A stretch of DNA of 58,115 bases, taken from Microthyrium microscopicum (taxonomy: Eukaryota). The translations under genes were made by a program, and so were the position numbers. The stretch lies in NCBI GenBank assembly GCA_010405405.1, contig MU004230.1, positions 3,630,627-3,688,741 of the forward strand. Direction: 5' to 3'. Shown here in pieces: positions 13,441 through 23,503 of this stretch. Each line of letters opens with the position of its first letter. The stretch's first letter is position 1. Below the pieces are notes generated by a model. The model saw only the letters and a list, made by a program, of their open reading frames with translations. It did not search any database and was not told where the DNA came from.

Positions 13441-14580
13441 TTATCATCTCAGCCTTGTCGACGTCGCCTCGCGCAAGGCGACGTTGATAAGGCTGAAATG
13501 ATTATCAACGAACAAGAGATCTCCATGACTACCCCCACCAGCTTCCAACTCCATGTTCTATCGACTGTCAAGTCCAAGAGTTTGTTCACACCGCAATTAG
13601 ATGGATTCGAAGCTTCATCAACGAACAAGAGATCTCCATGACCACCCCCACCAGCTTCCAACTCTGTGTTCTATCGACTGTCAAGTCCAAGAGTTTGTTC
13701 ACACCGCAATTAGATGGATTCGAGGCTTCATCATCGAACAAGAGATCTCCATGACCACCCCCACCAGCTTCCAACTCCGTGTTCTCTCGACTGTCAAGTC
13801 TAAGAGCCTGTTTACGCCCGCAATCAGAANNNNNNNNNNCGAACAAGAGATCTCCATGACCACCCCCACCAGCTTCCAACTCCGTGTTCTCTCGACTGTC
13901 AAGTCTAAGAGCCTGTTTACGCCCGCAATCAGAAGAGCCTGTTCCACGCCGCAATTGAATGGATTCGATGATCATCACCAAACAAGAGATCTCCATGACC
14001 ACCCCTACCAGCTTCCAACTCCGTGTTCTCTCGACTGTCAAGTCTAAGAGCCTGTTTACGCCCGCAATTAGAAGAGCCTGTTCCACGCCGCAATTGAATG
14101 GATTCGATGATCATCACCGAACAAGAGATCTCCATGACCACCCCCACCAGCTTCCAACTCCGTGTTCTCTCGACTGTCAAGTCTAAGAGCCTGTTCACGC
14201 CCGCAATTAGAAGAGCCTGTTCGCGCCGCAATTAGGTGGATTCGAGACTTCTTCGTTCTTGGTACGTTACTCTCTCTAGTAACAGGCCGTAATCTGATGC
14301 TAACGATAGTTAGGAAGCCAAACCAAAAAGCCAGCCTCTCATCCAAATCGACATCCCGCCTGTACGTTCTCTTAGTAAGTCTTTTCTCCACGCCAAAACA
14401 CTATGTTATTGTTCTTCCGCTGACGAAGTTCAGGAGAATACTGAGCCAAATATCAAGCCTTCTGCCAAAATCAACATCCCACCTGTTCATGCGACCAAAG
14501 TTTCTACCACAATTGTCAACCAACCTGTTAAAATACTGGATCAGGATTGGACCTTTTTGCCAAATCAGCATCCCGCTTCT
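13441..14580 (+). pseudogene. Inverted, fragmented copy of exons 2-3 of the DUF3712-like gene at 17464-20315
   Basis: Encodes AQGDVDKAEMIINEQEISMTTPTSFQLHVLSTVKSKSLFTPQLDGFEAS (47/49 aa identical to exon 2) and ENTEPNIKPSAKINIPPVHATKVSTTIVNQ (exon 3). No exon 1, frame-shifting repeats, short introns 14262-14313 and 14375-14433. Confidence 0.85.
13511..14260 (+). repeat. Tandem array of at least 6 units (113 and 139 bp) derived from a coding exon; spans an N gap at 13830-13839
   Basis: The anchor aacaagagatctccatgac recurs at 13511, 13624, 13737, 13842, 13981 and 14120. Confidence 0.9.
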
Positions 14581-15224
14581 TTATACCACTTACATTCTAA
14601 TTTTAAGCCAATACAAGTACATGTTTAATGCTTCCTAGTCTCATGTAGTCATTGAGTAATTTATCTCCAACGACGAAGTAAAAAACTTGCGGAAGATGCC
14701 CGCTATGATGCGGAACTGTACCGCATTGCACCTCCCACACGCATTCCCCTCGCCTGACATTTCCAGAACAACTTTTGCTTTTAGAGAAGAGAATTGATTC
14801 GTAACTGCATCAGTCGATGGATTAACTTGGAGCTCTGTAGATTACTATTTTTGCTAACAAATAGTTCGGTTGCGCAGGAGGTAAAATACCCTTTAAAGTA
14901 AAAAGAGAACCTCTTTGAGTTGTGGTAACGATACACAAAGGGGGACTTCGTTCCGCGCAGCTTACACATCACTGCTCAGCACGCCGTTCTGTTCAGCGAT
15001 GCAACTCATCAAGACCCTGTGGTGACAAATTTCAGCTCCACTTTGTAATTCTGTCATGTGGAGTAAGGAGGCACCGTACTTGGCAGGCAGGTGTTACCTA
15101 CATCTATAAAGGCTAGGACCGTTGCTACTTCTTCAAGATACTCACAACTTCACCTCTCTAGCTTGAACATTATACACTCACTACCTCATTCAATTTCCAC
15201 AAGAAAACACAAAATCTGCTCATC

Positions 15225-15997
15225 ATGGCTCCTAAAATTGCCATTGTCTACGTAGGGATCTCCTCGAACTAAGAATCCCAACAACTCTATCGCTAACAAC
15301 AGCTCTAGTACTCGATGTATGGCCACATCAAGCAAATGGCCGAAGCAGAGAAGAAAGGTATCGAGAAAGCTGGAGGAACAGTAACTCTATACCAGTACGC
15401 TCGACATATCCGCTTCGTGCTGAGCTGAATGATTGACGGTGTCTTAGAGTCGAAGAGACGCTTCCCCAAGAAGTATTGACAAAGATGCACGCCCCTGCAC
15501 AAGACAGCTCAATCAAAATTCTAAGCGACCCCAATGAGCTCCTCCAGTATGATGCATTTCTTCTCGGAATCCCAACTCGCTACGGCAACATGCCAGCACA
15601 GTGGAAGACCTTCTGGGACAAAACAGGAGGCATCTGGGGAAGCGGAGGCTACTGGGGCAAACATGCCGGCCTCTTCATCAGCACTGGATCTCCGGGTGGT
15701 GGACAGGAGAGCACTGCTCTCGCCATGATGAGCACCCTTACTCATCACGGAATCATTTACGTTCCGCTCGGATACGCAAAGACATTTGCGCAGGTCACCA
15801 ACTTGTCCGAGGTTCATGGTGGATCACCTTGGGGAGCTGGAACCTTTGCTGTAAGTGCATGAACTCCGCTATGTGTATCCTAGCTAATGAATGAATAGGG
15901 TGGGGATGGATCTAGACAGCCAACTCCTTTGGAGCTTGAGATTGCGGAGCTCCAGGGCGAGGCATTCTACAACACTGTTGCTAAGGCTCACCCATGA
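15225..15997 (+). CDS. PST2: Flavodoxin-like NAD(P)H:quinone oxidoreductase (WrbA/Pst2/Ycp4 family)
   Basis: [62 protein letters not shown]; introns 15252-15308, 15395-15447 and 15851-15898; TGA 15995-15997. Confidence 0.95.
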
Positions 15998-16144
15998 CTA
16001 GATGACAAGAAAGTAGAACCCAACTCGAGCTCGAATGGACAGCAAGATCAAAAAGTTACAAGAGTTATGGAACCGAAAGATGAAGAAACGACAAAAAAAG
16101 AAAAGGGGTTGTGTGGCCTGCCGATAAAGTGCTCGATCATGTGA
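15995..16144 (+). other. Putative stop-codon readthrough extension ending in CaaX (CSIM)
   Basis: TGA CTA G context, then open in-frame LDDKKVEPNSSSNGQQDQKVTRVMEPKDEETTKKEKGLCGLPIKCSIM and TGA at 16142-16144. Confidence 0.8.
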
Positions 16145-17463
16145 ACACAATCGTTTAGCATGCAAGAAAATGAATAGGCCTTACTGAGATCTAAGCCGTG
16201 TGTTATATACTGATACCGAAGTCTGAATCTATAATTGCCAAACGTGCAAGTGCCCGGACCTGCTGGGAAAACATGAACTACAATCGCATCAACAGACGAG
16301 AGACTTGCTAGATTTCGACCAGTCCTTTGAGATTAGAAATTCCGAACTGCTCGTCATTGGCTGTCAGATCATGCAATTGATACCCAGGGCTCCTTCGGAA
16401 AACCTGGAATGAAGCTTTAATGATCCAACGTTGATCGCTCATTCTCAATTAGACTCGGAAGATGATTCTGAATCCATTCGCTGGGTGAGGAACGGGCGGA
16501 CGGTTAGCTTCAAAGTGTTTTCTAGACGGTACGGGAGATGATGACGAACCAATGGCCAAATACCGTCAATTCGCCAGTCTAAGGAGGTATTCCATTACTC
16601 GTTCTATCTGAATGGTCCTTTTATTGGAGCTTTTCCCATAACCGGTCAATCTTGAAGGTCAAAAATACGTGGGACACGTGCAAACTTGAAACGGACTGCT
16701 CAGGCTGTGAACAGAAGCTTTTTTGTAGCCATCAAGAGCTTAAGCTATTTGTTTATTGCTTACAGCAAATGTGGATCATGAGACGGAACACGGCCAAGAG
16801 ATGGCTACCAAAATCAAGATGTTATCGGTTATGGTCGGGGAGTACTGGCGCTGGGTTTGCGCAATATTTCACAACAAAGAGCAGAATCACGTTTGGTTAG
16901 GCGAGCAGATAGGAAAGAAGCGAGATAGAAGATGGACGATGAATTTGGCAAGGACTGTTCTCGATTTCCCTGTTCACATTTCCGATTTCAAGGTCTTTTC
17001 GTCCCAAATTAAACCAGCTGGTTCTTCACCATGACGCCAAATCGACTGACGTAAATATCTTGATGGCATGCGCCAGGGCGATAATGATATTTTGCAAATC
17101 GTGTGTTAATGACGCAAGAATCTGACCTAATGGTTGTCAATGGCTGTAGGCCTGGTCTGCATGTTCAGTGTGTGTTCACTGTTGACCTAGAAGTGAGTGT
17201 ATGAGACCCAATTTTACAGCTTTTATACGATTTGATTTTGCATTATTCAACCCTGCCCGGTTTCTACTTTCTAGAGATCCATTAAGATATGAACCCGTGG
17301 ACGATAGACGATAATGAAACGTCAAGTGTAAAATTCCAGGTGTCTCACAACTACACCATTAATAACCAATAGGTGCCATAAAAATAGTAGGCAGTAAAGA
17401 GGATGAAAGACAAGAAACAGATATCATAATCCCCAAGGCAACCCCAACTCCCTCGAGACCCAT

Positions 17464-20315
17464 CTACCTGAAAATCTGTTAGTATAAGATTACATTATCG
17501 CGGCTGCTCTGACAAAACCATGTGATCTTCGGGGTAAGATCACTTGGCGTGCTTTGGAAATCATCTAATGCTTTGCGAACCACCACATACCATCGCACTA
17601 CCTTTGGTAATCATAATACTCAGGAGATTCTGAGGTCTCTTGTTGAATCTGATCAACTACGATGGTAGCCATGGAATGCGATGGGAACCAGCAGATGTGA
17701 TGGCAATTTCCACCGAAAGGGGTGAAGGTCCTGTGTGAGGGATTATCTTACCGGCTTCGTCGCATATTCATGCCGGCCATGTCTCCGGCTGCGGACGAGG
17801 AGGGTTTGGCTGCAGCTGCGGAAGAGGCCTCAGGAGCGGCAGTTGCAGATGAAGATGCGCTTGATGAGGAAGAGCTGCTGGAGCCAGAATCGACACCACC
17901 GCCGGTGCCGCTTCCAGAATCACCAAACAGAGAGCTGAGCCCTATCGCGGTCAACGGGGCCTTGAGATCGAGGTTGAGATTGACTGGGGCAGCAGCCTGA
18001 AATATGTTAATATAAGTTCTCAAAGAGTGTCATTGCATAACATGATGGAGGAGGCTAAATCATGTTCTTGCAAGAAATGTATAGAGCACTCTAATAGCCA
18101 TCGAACGCGAAAAAAGCCATCGAGTGCGAAAAAGGCCATCGAGTGCGAAAAAAGCCATCGAGTGCGAAAAGAGCCATCGAGTGCTTTGGGGATTACAAGA
18201 TGTCGCCAAGCATTATGATATAGTGCAGGAAATTCTTACCATCGCAGCCTCGAAGTACGGCAGATGTTGACCGGCCTTGTTCGTCACGGAAATCGTTTTG
18301 GCTGTGATTGGGAGAATGCCGCTCTTGGTCTTGTCGGCAGAAAGGATAGTGATAACAGCGGCTTGGTCGGAGCTGGACGCCATTTCGAAGTAGTTCTTGC
18401 CTAAACATTGTCAGTATGAAATCGCGATTTTCAAATCAATATCGATCGAAATTCATTCATCTGTTTGTGGCAAAACCCCATGACACTTTATGGCTCCCAT
18501 CGCACGCGATGGGAGCCATTGAGTGCTGCAGAGAAATTTCGCCAAACCAGGCCAGTTGGACTTTTTGAAGAAATGAACGAATCCATGGAGACCGTCACAT
18601 CAAATGAGGGCCCCAGTATGCGATCAGCAATGTAGTAGTTGGCTGCCATCCAATGGGATGTCCGCCACCAGATATCGTGGTCGGTATCAGATGCGATGGA
18701 AAAATTGGGGGTTGGCATAGGAGCATCTTACCTGGCCTGAGAACGACATTGTTGATAGTAGTGTTGCCGATAGGGGTGCCGTTGGAAGAAATATCTTGAA
18801 CAAGGTCGCCAATTTCAAGGGTCATCACGCTAGGATTGGGGATCATGATCCTGCCTTGCATGTTGCTGCCGTCGGGGAACTTTGTGAGGGAAACGTTGAT
18901 ATTGGAAACCTCGATTCCAGAAAGTTTGTTCAGACCATCCAACTCAGGAGCCTTGTTGAAGTCGACGGTTGTAACTGGCAAAGCACCTAAAATTGGTCAG
19001 AATCAGATTACAATCAGAGCTGACACGCCTGAAACGACCAAATGGTCTCTTTGTGGTGAAATCGTGAAGCTGCCATCGCATTCGGTGGGAGCCACAGCAT
19101 TCGGTGGGAGCCACAGCGCTCGATCGGAATTTATTTGCATGGGAAAATCTTACCTAGGTGCAACTTTGTTCTTCCTCGAAGTCCCATACGGAAGTGCTTG
19201 GCAGTAGCCACCAGGATATTGTATCTCTTGAATTGTTCCTGGTCAAGGATTTCAACATGTTGATTAACAATTGTGGTAGATACTTTGGTCGCATGAACAG
19301 GCGGGATATTGATTTTGGCGAAGGGCTTGATGTTAGGCTCAGTGTCTTCCTGAAAGCTGTTAGTGTACTATTTTTGAAAACTTATTGGATGATAGCCATC
19401 GAATGCCATGGCAGTCATCGAATGCCATGACAGCCATCAAATGCCATAACAGCCATCGAATGCCATAACACCCATCGAATGCCATAACACCCATCGAATG
19501 CCATAACACCCATCGAATGCCATAACACCCATCGAATGCCATAACACCCATCGAATGCCATAACACCCATCGAATGCCATAACACCCATCGAATGCCATA
19601 ACACCCATCGAATGCCATAACACCCATCGAATGTCATGACAGCCATCGGATGCCACGACAATCACCCCGTGTCGTTGGAGGCAGTTGAAGGCATAGACTT
19701 GACGATTGGGGGTCTTACCAGGAACAGTGAAGCCTCGAACCCATCTAATTGCGGCGTGAATAGACTCTTTGACTTGACTGTGGAAAGGACTCGAAGTTGG
19801 AAGCTAGTAGGGGTGGTCATGGAGACCTCTTGCTCGTTTATGATCATTTCAGCCTTGTCGACATCGCCTTGGGCGATTCTTGGTAGGCCAACGTAGGTTC
19901 TAATATCTGGTCAACCATAATTCTCGTTTCTCCGCTCTTAGCATTCGCAATACATGTGATTTCAGAAACACAGGATTTTGCTAGAGCTCACCGTTTAATC
20001 AGAGCCGCACCAGACACCATGTAGACACTGTGGGGACTGCAACTCTCGGTCAAACACCATCCCGGGTTGTACTCTCACCGTGTCCTGGAATCGAGAACTT
20101 TCGGACGAGTAAAATATAAAAACTTACAAGAGTAATGAGAGTAGCAGAGTGCCGATGACGAAGTTGAGTAGGTGTGCCCACCAATACTTCCTAAAGTGCT
20201 GTTTGAATTTGCTCTGTTGTGGGACCGCCCTGGTTTGAGTGTTGGCGGTGTTGTCATTATATTCGACGGTTTGTGGTTTATACCCTTTGTTATCATTGTA
20301 GCCTGGTTCTGCCAT
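17464..20315 (-). CDS. DUF3712-like type II membrane protein
   Basis: Exons 20315-20128, 19899-19719, 19349-19154, 18986-18732, 18400-18240, 17996-17752 and 17467-17464 splice in frame. N-terminal TM (KYWWAHLLNFVIGTLLLSLLL); IPNPSVMTLEIGD and NVVLRPGKNYF motifs recalled as typical of the family. Confidence 0.78.
18097..18184. repeat. 19-bp minisatellite (GCCATCGAGTGCGAAAAAA, ~4.5 units) in intron 5
   Basis: Read directly from the sequence. Confidence 0.9.
18490..18519. repeat. Perfect 14-bp inverted repeat in intron 4
   Basis: ATGGCTCCCATCGC-ac-GCGATGGGAGCCAT. Confidence 0.9.
19072..19128. repeat. 19-bp minisatellite (3 units) in intron 3
   Basis: gccatcgcattcggtggga / gccacagcattcggtggga / gccacagcgctcgatcgga. 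Confidence 0.85.
19394..19659. repeat. 19-bp minisatellite (ACCCATCGAATGCCATAAC, 14 units) in intron 2
   Basis: 266 bp = 14 x 19 bp; homogeneous core with diverged end units. Confidence 0.95.
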
Positions 20316-22162
20316 CTTGTCTGAAGTGTGAGAACCCTCTCTGAGACACTCTTCGCGATTCGAGGGGAAGGAATAATAAAGACAAAGGAGAAGAATAGTA
20401 ATGAAATATTTAGGAGGGTGCGAGGGTATGGGTTCAAAAATTTGTTCAAAGTGTCCTGTCCAGATCTGACAAGTAGGTCCGGATTAATGCAAATAGTCTA
20501 TGAAGACCGCTCTAGCACATGCCCCCAGCGGCCACAGGCGATCTCAAGCTGTAGGACCGGGAACCAAAGCCTGACCGAGGGACAATCACAGGATTGAACG
20601 TCATTCGACGATATGAAGAAGTGTAATATGTGAGCAGGGGTCGATTGCGAGAGAAAATTCATGGGTAGTGACAGGGCACTCTTACAAGGCCAATTAGAAG
20701 ATCACGGCCGAATTGGGGTACGTCCCCGTTACATACTGAGGATAACGAAAGGAAAGAAGCATTGCTTCAGTACATTGACAGTGGAAGTAACAGGAGTGTT
20801 CTTTTGGTTTGTAAGTCCTGCTAATGTCGACTTGACAGGTAGTGGCAGTGCTGGTTGGGTCCAGCAGGAGAAATTTGTTTCGATCTTCGATAGCTGATCC
20901 CAAATTTTCCAATGGTTTTGCAATAGCGCCTACCTGGAGTAATACGGTCCTTCCTGGAGTACCTGGGTTGGTTGTTTGCACGATCCGCATTGGAGACACC
21001 ATTCAGAGCAAGTGGCGGGGAGGGTTGAGCGCAAATAACTTGGCCATTGAAATGATATGGGCCTGGGATCAGGCAGAATGGGGAATTCAGTTAGATTTCA
21101 TGCCCTATATGTTAACAAGGCCAAAGCGATTAAAGCGAGTAATGTAGGTTGAGACACGCAGTTGCATCTTGGGCCGTGCTTGATCCCACTGATCACACCT
21201 CTGGCAAAAGTACGAAGCGCAATATATTTGACGGAGACCATCGCGTTCGCCAAAAGTGAGAACCATAGTTGGTCTGTACTACTGCTTGGATGAAAGAATG
21301 GTACGGACGAGAGCCGTCATGTATCCAGATCTCTAGCGTAGCAATACTATCTCCAGCAGTCGTGCGACGTTGTGTGTCCAGCAAGGGTCGAAGATATAGA
21401 TTTGATCTTTAATTTACATCGACAAGCTCGTTGAGGTTGATGGAATACGTAGCTTGCGCGATGAGGAGCGAACCAACACCAACATGTTCATGAGGGCAGA
21501 TATCGAAGAATGCGGTCTGAGGTGAAGTCAAGTCAAGGTTCTGTTCATCGCAGCAGCTTCGCAAGAGTGTGGGGACTCCGCTCTGGGGAGAGACGCTAAG
21601 GAACTCCACTCAGCTCCACTCGATAATCTCTGATCTCTGGTCCTCGAGCTGTCAAAAACTCTGTAGGGTGCGGGCATAGAACGTTTGAAGAAGCAGTCGG
21701 GCCGAGCAAGGCAAGGGTATCGCTGATAACTGGTGCTCATGCCTCTGCGTATTGTTCCTGCGCTATGCATGTACGCCTGTGAAAAGCATGGAAGATTCGC
21801 ACAGTATACGGAGCGCTTCTGCGCTCTCATACCTGGAAATCCTACAGACGGATATTTGGCCGAATCAATGGAGACCATCCCTTCTTTATGCATATTGATG
21901 AAGAAACAAATCAGTCCTGACAGGATCAGGATAGAAAAGGATGGTGTAACATCACGTGAGGCGTTGGTCAGGACTACCCTGCATGAAAACTAGTGTTGTT
22001 TCCATCAGTCGTACCTTCCCCATTGGTAAATTTGCAAAGTCACCCTCCAACTACTCTTTGAAATGGTTCGCCAACGACTACACTAACCATTGCCCGAGCG
22101 AGTGTTCTTTTGGCAAGTTTCCCGCTCATGCGTTTCACCCGTCTTTAGCACCGCTTACTGCC

Positions 22163-23199
22163 ATGGCGCCGAAGAAGAACAACCCAACAAGCGGTGGTGG
22201 CGGTAACCAAGAAGATGCCGAAGACGATTACATGAACATGACCTTTGCCGAGCCCGAAACAAAGATCGAAACGTCCGTGCAAAAAGCAGCACGCCGCAAG
22301 AAAGAAGTAAGTGCGCGAACCCTCCAAACCCTATCTTCTGCGTGACCCACACTCATCTTGTCTTTTCTTGCTCACAGGGCGAATTGCGCGGTCGCGTAAA
22401 ATCAAAACAGGAGCGCGAAGAAGAAGAAACCCGTGTCCGTGATGCCGCCCTTTCAAAGTCCCTCGATAGCTCCAACAAGGGCTTCAAGATGTTGTCCAAG
22501 CTGGGCTACAAGCCTGGCACCGCGCTGGGCAAGACGGGCTCTGGTGTGGCGGAGCCTATCACAGTGACTATCAAGGACGACAAGGGCGGCATTGGGCGCG
22601 ACTCTGAGCGCAAACGCAAACTCGAACACGCGGTAGAGAGTGCAAGTAAGCGCGCACGCGAGACTGCCGAGGAATACCGCGATCGCGTGCGTGCTGAGCA
22701 CGAGGAGAAGCGCCGCCAGGGACAGCTATTTGGGGCGCAAAAGATTGCAGAGAAGTTCGATGTACAAGCGGATGAAGAAGACGACGCTGAGGGCAAGGGC
22801 GAAACAATCAATCCGAACCTGTCAAAGCTCCGCCTTCTCTCCGCAACCAACGTGCTATGGCGGGGAATAGCACGTGAGCGGTTATTGAAAGAGCGTGAGA
22901 GACGGATGCGTCATGATCTACTTCAAAGCGGTCCGCGACTCGGGACCTTTGAAGATCCCGATGAGAACGAAGATGACAAGCTTGCTCTAGGTAATAGGGA
23001 CACTTTAGCCGAGGAGGAGCTTGAGGTGGACGATGATGAAGAGCTGGCAGAGTTTGAAAGTCTTCCCGTGGAAGATCGTCTGCTCAAAGTGGTCGAGTAT
23101 CTTCGTGGAACTCATCACTACTGCTTCTGGTGCAAGTTTGAGTATCCAGATAAGGAGATGGAAGGATGCCCAGGGCCAAACGAGGACGACCACGACTAA
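22163..23199 (+). CDS. G-patch domain protein (GPATCH11/DUF4187-like)
   Basis: EDDYMNM N-terminus, G-patch SNKGFKMLSKLGYKPGTALGK...GGIG, C-terminal YLRGTHHYCFWCKFEY...CPGPNEDDHD; intron 22307-22377. Confidence 0.9.
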
Positions 23200-23503
23200 T
23201 ACCCTGTCACTTGCCACGATTCCATGGGTATGCCATGTGCGTACTGCATATCCTCTTACATCACCGTTGTGGGGCAGACTGTCAGATCCTTACGTCCCGA
23301 AATGATGGGGATGGAAGATGCAACTACTACTTGGCGCCATTTAACCACTGATGCAGCTCAAGAGTGCAGACTAGTCGTTAACGTCTCAAAGGTGCTAGAT
23401 TCTATGTACCTTGAAAGCGCATATGCTAGGTAAACCAACATGCAAAACGCCTATTTGGACAACAAGATATCTACATACCTAGCCAACAGACCCAAATCCT
23501 TCC

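Noticed and set aside
13511..14260. CRISPR-like array
   Set aside because: Units are contiguous copies of a host exon with no unique spacers; eukaryotic context with no cas genes.
19360..19665. ORFs with GCYGIRWVLWHSMGVMAFD repeats
   Set aside because: Translation artefacts of the 19-bp intronic minisatellite; the region is bounded by good splice sites.
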